From a virus, in the IMG/VR virus record IMGVR_UViG_3300032516_000005: 64,000 nt of DNA; one strand, 5' to 3'. Both the position numbers and the translations under genes were made by a program. This document shows positions 46,056-55,979 of this stretch, piece after piece; position 1 is the stretch's first letter; each line of letters begins with the position of its first letter. Under the pieces are notes generated by a model. That model saw nothing but the letters and a program-made list of their open reading frames with translations. It did no database searches and was not told the DNA's origin.

Positions 46056-46448
46056 TCACTCTTCGTCGTTGTCGTCGGGCGGAAGCAGCCCGAGCGCGCG
46101 CAGCTCTTCGCGTGAAAGCGCATCGAACTCTGACATCGATGGCGGTTTCATCCACGGTGGGCCGAATGGCATGCCCATACCCATGCCTGGCATTGCGTGA
46201 CCGAGCTTGTGCATAACCACAACCGGATCAGGGATCTCCAGTTCGAGCATGTCGACAACACGCTTCGTGCAGCCCTCGCACAGATCGAACGTCGCCGGGA
46301 AATTGCCCGTCGTGACGCTCAAGTTGCCCCAACTATCCGTTCCCCGACGGCGGCCTGCACCGAGGATCGACGGGATGCCGGCCATCTCGCCCTCGTCGAC
46401 GTGCTCGACACCGCAGCCATCGCACTTGCTCGTTAGCCTGCGCGACAT
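46056..46448 (-). CDS. zinc-ribbon hypothetical protein
   Basis: CDGC...DLCEGC. Confidence 0.7.
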   Translation of the reverse strand: MSRRLTSKCDGCGVEHVDEGEMAGIPSILGAGRRRGTDSWGNLSVTTGNFPATFDLCEGCTKRVVDMLELEIPDPVVVMHKLGHAMPGMGMGMPFGPPWMKPPSMSEFDALSREELRALGLLPPDDNDEE

Positions 46449-46451
46449 CGA

Positions 46452-46994
46452 TCAGCTCGGTTCGTTCGCGCCGTGATGTTCAGCGACCTTCATGCAAAAC
46501 GAAACAACGTCAGTCATGGATAGATCTCGCTTGATGAGGTTCGCTTGCTTCGTTGTCCACTGGATGTTGCCCTTCACGTAGCCGCGACCCGAATCGATCC
46601 GATCGATAGAAGCGTTGCTCACGGCGCGCCAGTTTCTACGATGACTGATCGTAAGCTCAACACCGGTCAACGCACATCGATAATCTTGACCGCGTAAAAC
46701 TTTGAGGGCGTACGCCTGCGTGATCCGAAAGATGTGGCCGCGACGTTTCGCGTTGCTGCGTAGGCTTTGCCATAGCAACGAACCGATCGGTGTTCGTGGC
46801 TTGAAGTTCTTGTTGCAGCAGTTTCGACAGGAAACACTTTTCTTCGCGACAAGAGAAGTTGAAGTTACAACCTTCTCTACACCGCAAGCACATCGGCAGC
46901 GCCACATCGTGTGATTGTGCTTGTTGTTGGCGGTGCGTTTGAGGACCGTCCACTCCGAGAATCGGTGGCCGGTTAGGTCAATCAGTTTCGGCAC
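46452..46994 (-). CDS. HNH-type homing endonuclease
   Basis: DLTGHRF, WRCRCACG, CALTG, SIDRIDSGRGYVKGNIQW; lower GC. Confidence 0.9.
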   Translation of the reverse strand: MPKLIDLTGHRFSEWTVLKRTANNKHNHTMWRCRCACGVEKVVTSTSLVAKKSVSCRNCCNKNFKPRTPIGSLLWQSLRSNAKRRGHIFRITQAYALKVLRGQDYRCALTGVELTISHRRNWRAVSNASIDRIDSGRGYVKGNIQWTTKQANLIKRDLSMTDVVSFCMKVAEHHGANEPS

Positions 46995-46998
46995 GTCA

Positions 46999-47238
46999 TC
47001 ACGACGGTGAACCGAACCAGATCAACCGCAAAGTGTCCGTTGCGCTCTCGAAGCTCACGCCGCCGCGCTTGGCTGCGTCGACAGCGACGATCAGTGCCAT
47101 CGGAACGACAACGGCGCACGGGAAGCCGCGCTCGCTCCAGCGTTCGAACAAACCGGCGAAGTCTTGTTCGATGGCGTCGGCAGCGGCCTCTTCAGTCGGC
47201 GTGAGCATATCGGACGACGCAAAAACTTCGGGTGTCAT
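46999..47238 (-). CDS. hypothetical protein
   Basis: ORF; start uncertain. Confidence 0.5.
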   Translation of the reverse strand: MTPEVFASSDMLTPTEEAAADAIEQDFAGLFERWSERGFPCAVVVPMALIVAVDAAKRGGVSFESATDTLRLIWFGSPS

Positions 47239-47356
47239 GTGGCTCGTCGCTTGTATCGTAGCGTCGTTCGACGGACAAGCGGTTTCGTGGGACCTCGTTC
47301 GACGAACAAACGATTGACGAACAGCCGTTTTCGCCAAGCCGTCAAGCGCCGCATTG

Positions 47357-47372
47357 GATCGCGTGCGCGATC
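47357..47372. promoter_or_regulatory. GATC-N8-GATC palindrome
   Basis: GATCGCGTGCGCGATC-9nt-TACCGT-6nt-GTG. Confidence 0.85.
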
Positions 47373-47393
47373 AACTTCTGGTACCGTTGACGC

Positions 47394-49151
47394 GTGTCAA
47401 CCATCCTCAAGAACATCCTCGCGTTTTCGAGCCTGGCTGTAGGTGTTCCTGTCGTTTTGCCGCATCGCCTCAACGTCAATGGGATCCCAGCGCTGCCCAA
47501 GACGGTAGAGCCTGATGTTGGCGGGTTCGTGATCACGGCCGACGCGACCAACATCACCGTCACACGAACCGTGACCGGCCCAGCGGCTGTCAACGTCCTC
47601 GTCGAGTTCTGGCACACGATCGAGTCCGTTGTTCCGCTCGTGCCTCCACCGGGCAAGCTCATCGGCCAGGTGCCATGGATCCAACAGCCCGGCGCTGGTG
47701 GCGGCAGCTCCGGTGGGGGAGACCCGAATTGCCTGATCTACCGCCCGGGTTCCGGCCTGCTCGGGCCGGTCGTGTTCGATACGTGGGCTGGTCTGATCGC
47801 GGCCCTCGCAACGCTCCGAGCTTCAGCCAACGGATCGGGCTGCTACACGATCGCGTTCGACGACTCGATCGTCTCCCCGTGCGTGATCCCGCCGGGCGCG
47901 TACGACATGACCCAGGTCACCTGGGAGCCAGCGCTGATCACCACGACGGGTACCAACGTCGCCGTGAGCATCCCCGAGGGCGTGACGTTCACGAAGCTGC
48001 GCCTGTTCAATTTTTCGCTGGCGATCACGTTCACTGGCGTGACTCCTCCAGTCTCTGATTTCGGGGCGTTCGATGTCGTCGGGATGTTCGGCGGTGTCAA
48101 GATCGGATGTTCCGGTACCGGGCCGTTCTTCTCCAACACCGTGGTCGGTGGACCGCCCGTGATCTTCGGGATCGATCGCGGCTCGGTGATCGCCGACCTC
48201 GGGTTTGGCCAGGCCGTCATTGACGCCCCCGTGGTCGGCGCGTTCGTCTTCATCGTCGCGCAGTCAGCCTTTTCTGAGCTGCAAGCGAACACGGTATCGG
48301 GCGTCGTGGGATCAACTCTCCTGATCGGGACCGCTGCCTCGGGGATCCAGCTCGCGTCCGAGACGCACCCGGCATTCCTCGGCACGCTGGTGCAGCAAAA
48401 CACCACGCGGGCTCGCCTGACCCCGACGCCTGCGCCGCCGTCAAAGCCGGTGATTGCTGACATGACGATCACCGACGCGAACGCGATGGTGCTCGTCGAT
48501 CCGTCTGGCCTGTTCCCGGTCCCCGGCCAGCTCGTGCTGACGCTTCCACTTGCGGCAAGCGCGAGCGTCAACCGTGGACAGCACGTCATCATCAAGAACG
48601 TGTCGCCGCTCCCCGGCGTCATCACGATCATCCCGCAAGGCGCGGACACGATCGACGGAATCGCGCTGGTCGCGTTCAACGAGCCGATGGGCGCGATCTG
48701 CTTCGTCTCCGACGGCGTTGACACCTGGCGGCAAGCTCCGACGAGCTTGTACGCGCCACCCGAGCAGTGGGCGCAGGAGAACGTCGCGCCGAGCCAGACC
48801 GGCGTTGCGCTGAGCTGCCAGGTCTCGACGAACTTTGATGACCTTCGCATGATCCGTCCTGGATCGATCGTCGGCCTCGGCGTGCGCTTCACCGAGGCGA
48901 TTACCGCAGGCACCGCGACGATCCGCGCCACCATCAACGGCGGCAACGCGGCGATCGAGGTGGTCTGCACGTCGCTGTCGAATGCCGACGGCGGGCAGAT
49001 GACCACGCAGAGCGGCGTCGACGTCTACGCTGGCGGGAGCGTCATCGGCGTCGAGATCGACACCGATGCCGGGATCACGTTCGCGAATCGATCGAACGTC
49101 GAGGTCTGGCTCGAAGTGACCGAATTCGGCGACCCACTCCTTCGTCGGTGA
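47394..49151 (+). CDS. large fibre/spike-like virion protein
   Basis: Gly linker, beta-helix-like body, domain shared with 3950..4315; start 6 nt after TACCGT. Confidence 0.8.
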   Translation: MSTILKNILAFSSLAVGVPVVLPHRLNVNGIPALPKTVEPDVGGFVITADATNITVTRTVTGPAAVNVLVEFWHTIESVVPLVPPPGKLIGQVPWIQQPGAGGGSSGGGDPNCLIYRPGSGLLGPVVFDTWAGLIAALATLRASANGSGCYTIAFDDSIVSPCVIPPGAYDMTQVTWEPALITTTGTNVAVSIPEGVTFTKLRLFNFSLAITFTGVTPPVSDFGAFDVVGMFGGVKIGCSGTGPFFSNTVVGGPPVIFGIDRGSVIADLGFGQAVIDAPVVGAFVFIVAQSAFSELQANTVSGVVGSTLLIGTAASGIQLASETHPAFLGTLVQQNTTRARLTPTPAPPSKPVIADMTITDANAMVLVDPSGLFPVPGQLVLTLPLAASASVNRGQHVIIKNVSPLPGVITIIPQGADTIDGIALVAFNEPMGAICFVSDGVDTWRQAPTSLYAPPEQWAQENVAPSQTGVALSCQVSTNFDDLRMIRPGSIVGLGVRFTEAITAGTATIRATINGGNAAIEVVCTSLSNADGGQMTTQSGVDVYAGGSVIGVEIDTDAGITFANRSNVEVWLEVTEFGDPLLRR

Positions 49152-49548
49152 TCCCGAACAGCTCGGGCTTGCCGCCTGAGATGTCCGAGTAGAGCTGCAT
49201 TGCTCCCGCGACAGGGGTTGGCGTTGCGCCACCTTCGGCGAGGATCTTGACAATTTCCGCACCTGCGCGGCGATCAAAAGAAGGCATGGTCTTGGTCCTT
49301 ACGCGCGGGACGATCTATCAGATCACTCCGCCGGCAGCAGCCTCGCCGAGCGTCGACGTTCAGGACGAGGGCGTCGCCATCGCTGGGAATCCACACTCGA
49401 CGTTGAATTTTGCCGGTGCTGGCGTGCTCGCCGTAGATGCTGGAGGTGGCGTCGCAACGGTTACGATCTCAATGGAAACTTGATGCACAGGACTGACCCA
49501 CAGGCTGGAGCCGTCCCAAGGGTGACGATCGCGTTCAACGTGGGTTGA
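49139..49548. pseudogene. scrambled fibre-like gene with fragments in alternating orientation
   Basis: Minus: stop+SD+MPSF...ELFGITDEG; plus: GTIYQITPP...VQDEG..TLNFAGAGV...VTI; minus: WDGSSLWV; plus: VTIAFNVG*. Confidence 0.6.
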
Positions 49549-49567
49549 GGTTCACGCGGACTGAGGT

Positions 49568-51292
49568 TCACTCGACCCGAAACCTGTCGATCTCGCTGCC
49601 GTCAGCGACGATTGCGATAACCGCACCACCCGTTGACGTCGGACCCAGTACGTAGGCTTCCAGCTCGTCACGTTCATCTTCACCAAGCGCGATCGCCAGC
49701 AGCATCCGATCGCTGTCGTCGGCGTCAGGTTCGGCAGCGTTGTTCACGAAGCCCCAACCGTTGCGGCCGAGCTGCTGCACGCGCATGCGGCCATCCGAGT
49801 CGCCCAGACCTTGCGCCTTCGCGGCCTTTGCAGCGGCTTTGGCCTCGCGTGCAGCGGCTTTGGCTTCTTTCACGGCCGCACGTTCGGCTTTCGCGGCGGC
49901 TTTCTCTGCCTTGGCCTCGGCGGCAATTCGCGCCTGTTCTCGACCCTCCTCGGTCCAGACCGTCACGCGCGTGATCACCGTTTGCTTCACGCCCTTGTAG
50001 TCGTCGTGCTTCTTGATCGTCCCCGTGATCTGGTACTCCTCGCCGATCTTCACCTCCGGGTTCGACGACGCAAACCACGTCAGCAGCGCACCATCAGGCG
50101 TCACGAACTTGTGCAGGTACGACATCCCGAACTGCGTCTCGATCGGCTTGACCATCAGCGGCTTGACGATGAGGTCCAGACGTTCGCCGACTTCACCGAT
50201 CCAGTGCGACTCGCCCGCGCTCTCACGCTCGACCTTGCGCTGAACGCTGCGCAGGTAGTATGGGATCACCGATGCGGTGATGCCGGCCAAGCGCCGCCCG
50301 ATCACGGGCTGCGTGAGCGCGACGTAGAGGTTGTGCTCGTAGTCGTCGCGGTCAGGGTTGTCCGACAGCGTCTCACGGGCGTACTCCAGCGCAGCCTCTG
50401 CCATCTGCTTGTCGTCGTCGTTGGGTGCGAATTTCGCAACCAGCGCTTCCCACTGCCGTCGCGCTTGCGGACCCACGCTGCCTGGTGGTTCGAGCACTTC
50501 GAGCGTGATGTCAGCGGTCGCCTGATCACCTGAATCGCGTGCCTTGCCGCGTGAGATCCAACCGTGGACGCGGACGACCGCGGCGACCTGCGTCAGGAAC
50601 GCCGACATCGGGAAGCGCTGTTCGCCGTGCCCGCCACCGCCGAAGCCCTCTTCGTCGCTCAGCTCGCCTGCCGTACGTAACGCCGCGAGCAGCGATTCGA
50701 GGTACTGCGCAACGGCGTGTGGATCTTTGCCGCCCAGGAAGTCCTGGGTGCAGTTCCGACCGACCTGCATGTACTGGCCGGTCTCGTCGTTGCGAAGGAT
50801 GTACGTGTCCTTGCGCGACCGGATCGTTCGACAACAGTGATCGCAGTTCGAGGCGTCTGCGTGACGGTACTGTTCAGGCAGGCGCTCGACGAAGCCGGGC
50901 ACGACGCGCAGCAGGTTGACGGTCTTGCCAGTGTCGTCGGTGAGGTGCTGCAACGTTGCCACGAACGACCAACCTGCGATGCGCGGCGTCGTGCCCGTGA
51001 CGCTGACGGGGAAGAACTTGAAGTAGACGATGCGTGGCGGGTGCCGCGGTGGCGGCGTGCCAGGCAACGGCGGCTTGTACGGCGCGTAGCGCGTCTCGGT
51101 CGAATACGGATCGTCGGACTCGTACTGCACGTACGGACGATCTTCGGGCGTGCCGACAGCGTAGGCGATCGCGCCGACACCCAGGCGCTGGGCCTTCTTG
51201 ACGAGCTTGTCGAGCTTGACGTGCAGCTCACGCAGGTTCCCCTCGGGAACCCAGTACGTCACAGGCGTTGGGGCGTCATCACCGAACCACAT
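49568..51292 (-). CDS. large phage protein with zinc ribbon and OB-fold-like C-terminal domain
   Basis: CDHC...R...VG..C; IGEVGER...GTIKKH..YKG.KQT...R; starts MWFG; extra module after QGLG. Confidence 0.8.
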   Translation of the reverse strand: MWFGDDAPTPVTYWVPEGNLRELHVKLDKLVKKAQRLGVGAIAYAVGTPEDRPYVQYESDDPYSTETRYAPYKPPLPGTPPPRHPPRIVYFKFFPVSVTGTTPRIAGWSFVATLQHLTDDTGKTVNLLRVVPGFVERLPEQYRHADASNCDHCCRTIRSRKDTYILRNDETGQYMQVGRNCTQDFLGGKDPHAVAQYLESLLAALRTAGELSDEEGFGGGGHGEQRFPMSAFLTQVAAVVRVHGWISRGKARDSGDQATADITLEVLEPPGSVGPQARRQWEALVAKFAPNDDDKQMAEAALEYARETLSDNPDRDDYEHNLYVALTQPVIGRRLAGITASVIPYYLRSVQRKVERESAGESHWIGEVGERLDLIVKPLMVKPIETQFGMSYLHKFVTPDGALLTWFASSNPEVKIGEEYQITGTIKKHDDYKGVKQTVITRVTVWTEEGREQARIAAEAKAEKAAAKAERAAVKEAKAAAREAKAAAKAAKAQGLGDSDGRMRVQQLGRNGWGFVNNAAEPDADDSDRMLLAIALGEDERDELEAYVLGPTSTGGAVIAIVADGSEIDRFRVE

Positions 51293-51307
51293 GATGGCAT
51301 CCTACCT

Positions 51308-51323
51308 GATCGCGCACGCGATC
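51308..51323. promoter_or_regulatory. GATC-N8-GATC palindrome
   Basis: 3nt-TAGGAT-6nt-ATG(-). Confidence 0.85.
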
Positions 51324-51381
51324 AGCGCCCTACCGTGCCATGCGCCGCACCACCTTGGGCCGCTTGGCTTGATCGTGAGCT

Positions 51382-51705
51382 TCATACCTGCCGCGTCCCA
51401 ACGATCCGAATCCGAGCTGGATCGAAGATCACCCAATTGTCGTCGAGCTGAATGCTGTCGTAGCCCATTTCGAGCAGTTGATCGATTAAGTAGCGATCAT
51501 ACTCGTCCCAGCCTGCGGTCTTGTTCACGCGCAGTAGCACTTTCATCAGGTACGCCGTGCTCACGGCACCACTTTCGCCGTGCAGGATCTTGTCCTTGTC
51601 CTCACTGAACCAAAAGCCGCCCTCTGGCGCCCAAAACTTGGGATCGAAGCGCCGGATCGGCACGTTGCTGCCGTGGTATGCGGTGACGATACGTGACTTC
51701 ACCAT
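51382..51705 (-). CDS. ADP-ribosyltransferase-like protein (ART-PolyVal-like)
   Basis: AYHGS...F...GFWFS...V.L...GYDSI...VIFDP..I. Confidence 0.7.
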   Translation of the reverse strand: MVKSRIVTAYHGSNVPIRRFDPKFWAPEGGFWFSEDKDKILHGESGAVSTAYLMKVLLRVNKTAGWDEYDRYLIDQLLEMGYDSIQLDDNWVIFDPARIRIVGTRQV

Positions 51706-52271
51706 TCGCACTCCGATAGCAACGTCCGCGGGATCGATTTTCCGATCCATGCGATTGCGTAACCTTCTGCAACGAACGACTCGTCACTGAACGTGTGCGG
51801 TGAGTCCGCGTGTTTCGCAAGCCAGGTGCCCACAGCGTGCAGATCAAACTGCACGCACCTGGCGCCGTGGCTTGCGGTCGAGCCGCTGCTCTCGTAGTCG
51901 CGGTAGAACCACGCGACGCGTAGATCCTTGACAGCAGCTAACTCACGCTCAACCGCATGCTGTACGACATGCTGCTCGCGCGAAATGTCACCGTAGTGAC
52001 CGGGATGGGTGTGCCATTCCATGTAAAGGCACGCAGCCGTCTCCGGGTCGAGGAATGGCATTGCGAGCCAGTACTCGACTTCGTGTGTCTCGATAATGCC
52101 CGGCACCTTACCGAGACCGTGGCGCTTGATCTCTGTGAAGCCCTGCACCGACGTGAAGTGGTACGCATACGCGTTGCGGCGTCCAAGGTCGCTGCCGCCT
52201 TGCACCAACGAGAAGTTCGTCTGCTGGATCAATTCGTCGAGCAGTTCTAGATCTGGTGTACACGGCCTCAT
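51699..52271 (-). CDS. hypothetical protein, possibly ART-fold
   Basis: DLG followed by AYHFTS...EIKRHGL. Confidence 0.55.
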   Translation of the reverse strand: MRPCTPDLELLDELIQQTNFSLVQGGSDLGRRNAYAYHFTSVQGFTEIKRHGLGKVPGIIETHEVEYWLAMPFLDPETAACLYMEWHTHPGHYGDISREQHVVQHAVERELAAVKDLRVAWFYRDYESSGSTASHGARCVQFDLHAVGTWLAKHADSPHTFSDESFVAEGYAIAWIGKSIPRTLLSECEW

Positions 52272-52648
52272 CGCCGCGCACCGCGCTTGGGCCGCTTGCG
52301 TTCCTGACGCTCGCGTGAACTGTCGGTCTTGTCGATGCGATTCTCGGCGGCGCGGTACTCCCACTGCAGCTGCGTGATGCCGCACTTGTCGAGCCGGTGC
52401 AGGTGCGCGTTCATCTCGGCGTTCGGTAGGTGCCCGACCAGCTCGAACAGCTCTTTCCGTTCGGGTGACCAGTGCCGGTACTCCAGCTTGGTCGGGAGAA
52501 TCTCGCGCAGGGCTTCGCGAGCGCGCTGCTCTTGCTTCTGCCCGAGGCGCAGGTTGTTGGCCGCTTCGCCGCACGTCTTCGCCCGCATCGCACGCGCGTA
52601 GGCGCGTTGCGCGGTGAGGATGGCTTTCTTGGTGTCGGCGACGTTCAT
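52268..52648 (-). CDS. basic hypothetical protein
   Basis: GAGGA SD, ATGA coupling. Confidence 0.65.
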   Translation of the reverse strand: MNVADTKKAILTAQRAYARAMRAKTCGEAANNLRLGQKQEQRAREALREILPTKLEYRHWSPERKELFELVGHLPNAEMNAHLHRLDKCGITQLQWEYRAAENRIDKTDSSRERQERKRPKRGARR

Positions 52649-52659
52649 GGCTTCCTCTT

Positions 52660-52890
52660 TCACGCAATGAAATCCCAGGTGCACATCGATCGGGGATGCG
52701 TCGCGCGTTTCGCGATCGCTTTCTCCGCACCTGTGCGGAGATGAACTTCAAGCTCTAGCGTTTCGCTGGCGCTGTCAACGATGCGCAGCACGCGCGCCGT
52801 GACCGCACCCTGCGGCGCGCCGTCCACGTAGAAGATCACCGTCGAGCCGATCCCGAATCGCGGCGGCCAACCGAACGGCCGCTTCGTCAT
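52660..52890 (-). CDS. small SH3-like hypothetical protein
   Basis: PRFGIGSTV; ATGA coupling. Confidence 0.6.
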   Translation of the reverse strand: MTKRPFGWPPRFGIGSTVIFYVDGAPQGAVTARVLRIVDSASETLELEVHLRTGAEKAIAKRATHPRSMCTWDFIA

Positions 52891-53849
52891 CGTTCAGCCT
52901 TCGGCCCTTTGGCCTTCGGCATCAGCGACGGCAGCGCGTCGCCGACGGCGCCGCGTGTTCTGACGTGCGTGTAGATGTTCTCGATCGTCCGTTCGGTCTG
53001 GCCGGTGAGTTTAGAAACCTCGGCCGCGCTTTTGCCCTCTTCACGCAGCCACGTGACGGTGCTGTGCCGTGCGAGGTGCGGGAACACGTGACGGATCTTC
53101 GCGCGCTTCGCGCGACTACGAAACACGCTCCACAACTGATACGGCGTCAACTGTTCACCGACCTGCGTCGTGCCGTCGGTCGCGGCCCACACGTCGCGGA
53201 ACACGGGCCCGGTCTTGAAGCCTGCAACCGCAAGCAGTTGTAGCCACTCGTTGAGCGCGCCGAACGTCTCGACGTCCGCTTCGAACGTGATCAGCTCACC
53301 GCCCTTGTTGACCGTCGTGATCTTCGGTGGCCGGATGGCTTCGATCATCAACGCATGCAGACCGCCACGACGTAGCCCCGAGCGCAGCGCGAGCACGAGG
53401 AGCGCACGATCACGAATGTTCGCAGGTTTAGCGCCGCTGCATGTGTCGAGCAGCTTGCCGGCTTCTTCGTAGGTCAACGGCTCGCGGGTCACACCTGCCT
53501 TAGCTTTGATCTTGGGTACGTCCTGTGCGAAGTCGATTGCACCAGCGGTGCGATTGCGCCTCGCGTACTGCAAACTCGCGCACCGGATCGCCTTGCGGTA
53601 CACACGAACTGTCTGCGGCGAGCACTTCCCGCGATCACGTGCGGCGACTGTACGACCGTGCGAGAGCAGTCGACCGAGCCAATCCTCGACGGTGCCGTAG
53701 GTCCACCCGGTCAGGTTCGCGCCCGCAAACGCGATGAAATCTGCGACGCACTCACGGTAGAGATCCCGCGTGCGATCACTCAGATCGAGGTTACGTGCGA
53801 TCGCTTCGTCGAGCAGATTTGCTGGCTGTGTAGCAATCGGCGATTTCAC
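52887..53849 (-). CDS. tyrosine recombinase/integrase
   Basis: AAGGAG SD + GTG; RDRALL...GLR, HLARH, LTGQ...IY (Tyr present). Confidence 0.9.
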   Translation of the reverse strand: MKSPIATQPANLLDEAIARNLDLSDRTRDLYRECVADFIAFAGANLTGWTYGTVEDWLGRLLSHGRTVAARDRGKCSPQTVRVYRKAIRCASLQYARRNRTAGAIDFAQDVPKIKAKAGVTREPLTYEEAGKLLDTCSGAKPANIRDRALLVLALRSGLRRGGLHALMIEAIRPPKITTVNKGGELITFEADVETFGALNEWLQLLAVAGFKTGPVFRDVWAATDGTTQVGEQLTPYQLWSVFRSRAKRAKIRHVFPHLARHSTVTWLREEGKSAAEVSKLTGQTERTIENIYTHVRTRGAVGDALPSLMPKAKGPKAER

Positions 53850-54070
53850 GGTGTCTCCTTCGGGGTTACGGTCTGAGTCACACGTACCGTGAGCGGGCTG
53901 CCTTGATCGAGCGTGAGACGGATCCACGTCGAAGGCGGCAACGGCGGGTCGGACCGCTCCGCGTTCGTAGCCCACTGCGCGAGCTGTTTCGGCGTACCGG
54001 ATCGAGATCGTTGTGGACGGCTGTCGCTGACCGTTCTTCGAGCGAGCGCGCACGGGGGCGCGGCGTGGCT

Positions 54071-54520
54071 TCACGAGGCACCGTTCCAGCGGGACAGGCA
54101 CCGCCACAGCCGTTCGACGTGGGTTTCGTCGTCGCGGTCGATCCCAGTGCAGCGCACGCCCGGCTGTGCCCCACAGGCTGGGCAGTCCGACAGCCGTAGC
54201 GGCGTGCAGATGAAGGGCACGGGCGGCAGGCTCACGTCGATCCGCGTGGGCCGGAAAGCCTGCCGCTGCGCGAGCGGCTGGGGCACGCCCATGGTGAACC
54301 GTTCGCCTGTGGCGAGGGCGAGCGCAGCCGGCAGGGCTGGGCTCCAGCAGTCGAGGTCTGCGGCTTTCGCCCGTTGAACCGCATCGGTGAGGACGGCGCG
54401 GACCCGCGCCGCTTCGATCTTCACGTCGACGCCCCCGGCAGCCGCCTCGTCGAGGATCTCCTGGTCGGTCGCGTTCTCGTCGCACGCGCCGAGCACGTCC
54501 AGATCGTCGTCGTCGGGCAT
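54071..54520 (-). CDS. phage zinc-finger protein
   Basis: CPACGAQPGVRC...H..R. Confidence 0.65.
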   Translation of the reverse strand: MPDDDDLDVLGACDENATDQEILDEAAAGGVDVKIEAARVRAVLTDAVQRAKAADLDCWSPALPAALALATGERFTMGVPQPLAQRQAFRPTRIDVSLPPVPFICTPLRLSDCPACGAQPGVRCTGIDRDDETHVERLWRCLSRWNGAS

Positions 54521-54649
54521 GGCCGTAACCCTACGACACCAGGGGCCGGAAACGCAACACTCCACTGGGAGTGTTGCAGGTGGCTAAATGCCTGAAAACT
54601 CAATGATTTCAAGTACTTACGTAATATTTCGCACGTGCGTGCGAACTAA

Positions 54650-55525
54650 GTGTATGTCTTCGTTGTGGATCCTTTCGAGAAGCAAAAACGCGATGCGCGG
54701 CGTGCTCTTGCTGAAGCCATCTTCGACGGCTACCTGAAGCCGCCCACGCGCTGTCCACGCTGCAGCGAGTACACGGTCGTCACGGGACACCACTTCGACT
54801 ACGCACGCCCGCTCGACGTGCACTGGCTTTGTTACTGGTGCCACTTCTGCGAGCACCAAAAGCAGCTCGGGCTGCCGGTACCCTCGCAGCGGCGCTCGCC
54901 TGTGCCGGCTTATCGAGCGCCGCGCACGCGCCAGCCGTCCAAACGGCCAGTCGGGCGACCGCGCGACGTGGATCGATACACACGGCCGCGACCGGATCCC
55001 ACGCCACGAACCTACGGTGAGTACGTTGGACACCCTGTCGTGCGCCGCAATGGCCGTCCCGCGCTGCGCGATCCACAACATCCGCTCGCGCGGAGCGGTT
55101 TCGTGTACGTCGAGGACTTGCTTGTACTCGAACAGCTCGGGCGCCCACGGCAACTTGGCGACTCGGTAACGTATCGGGACGGCAATCGTTGGAACTGGAA
55201 TCCCGTCAATGCCGAAGTTCACGCGCGTTTGCTTGATCCGCACATCTACGTCGGTGGAAACGTCTCTGGGACGATCTTCAACCTAACGTGCGATCGCGTG
55301 ACTTTCTCGATGCACGATTTAGACGCTTCAGCTCACGCAACCGTCAACGCGATGCTTGGACTTGATTCACGCGTCGGCTACATCGGGTACAACGGAAATC
55401 AGCACCACACCCTCGACGACGGCTACCACTTGAGTCAGCAGTTGCGGGCGCAAGGGTTCGACGTCCGTATAGATCCCATCGTTCAGCAGTACTGGCAGCC
55501 AGCTGCGCCGCCGAAGGCGCGATAG
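54650..55525 (+). CDS. multi-domain HNH-derived protein
   Basis: CPRC..GHHFDYARPLDVHWLCYWCH plus a second, degenerate HNH. Confidence 0.7.
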   Translation: MYVFVVDPFEKQKRDARRALAEAIFDGYLKPPTRCPRCSEYTVVTGHHFDYARPLDVHWLCYWCHFCEHQKQLGLPVPSQRRSPVPAYRAPRTRQPSKRPVGRPRDVDRYTRPRPDPTPRTYGEYVGHPVVRRNGRPALRDPQHPLARSGFVYVEDLLVLEQLGRPRQLGDSVTYRDGNRWNWNPVNAEVHARLLDPHIYVGGNVSGTIFNLTCDRVTFSMHDLDASAHATVNAMLGLDSRVGYIGYNGNQHHTLDDGYHLSQQLRAQGFDVRIDPIVQQYWQPAAPPKAR

Positions 55526-55526
55526 G

Positions 55527-55979
55527 ATGACTTCGATGCCGCTCAAGGTCACCCACGATCCAAATCGTCGATCGCTGCTCGTCACAGGACTGCTTCACCG
55601 CGCGTGGATGCTGTTCGAGTACGGTCCCGAGAACAGCCCGGACCTGCGTTGCACGGAGCTGGCCGCGAACATCGAGTACCACTCGATCGTCACGGGCGCG
55701 TCGAACCCGTCATGGTCGAACGTCAACGAAGCGTGGGACGCCGCGCGTGCGGCGCTCGCACAGCTCTGCGTCGATCCGAGTTGCGTACCGACGGCAACGC
55801 ATGCACCGAAGAAACGCATCAACGGCGCCGTTGCGCTGGTGCTCGCGACCGAAGATCGCGTCGCGCAGTGGGGCGGTTTCACGGGCGAGCGCGAGTATTT
55901 ACCGGTGTTGATCAACCGGCTCAACACTGACGACCGCAAGGCCTACGACCGCCGCAAGCGCGGTTTGGTGGTGCTGTGA
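55527..55979 (+). CDS. hypothetical protein
   Basis: Coupled ORF. Confidence 0.7.
   Translation: MTSMPLKVTHDPNRRSLLVTGLLHRAWMLFEYGPENSPDLRCTELAANIEYHSIVTGASNPSWSNVNEAWDAARAALAQLCVDPSCVPTATHAPKKRINGAVALVLATEDRVAQWGGFTGEREYLPVLINRLNTDDRKAYDRRKRGLVVL

Noticed and set aside
47394-49560. Diversity-generating retroelement at the fibre gene
   Set aside because: No reverse transcriptase and no TR/VR pair with adenine-specific mismatches seen
53762-53777. GATC-N8-GATC inside the integrase CDS (also 51732-51747)
   Set aside because: Coding location, weak arms and no clear -10/start geometry; may be background in a GATC-rich genome
52887-54485. 532-aa integrase as listed in the ORF track
   Set aside because: The N-terminal extension is shadow-like and overlaps 54071..54520; AAGGAG + GTG at 53849 is the better start. 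The same applies to 34515..36164, 28658..29671 and 51699..52751
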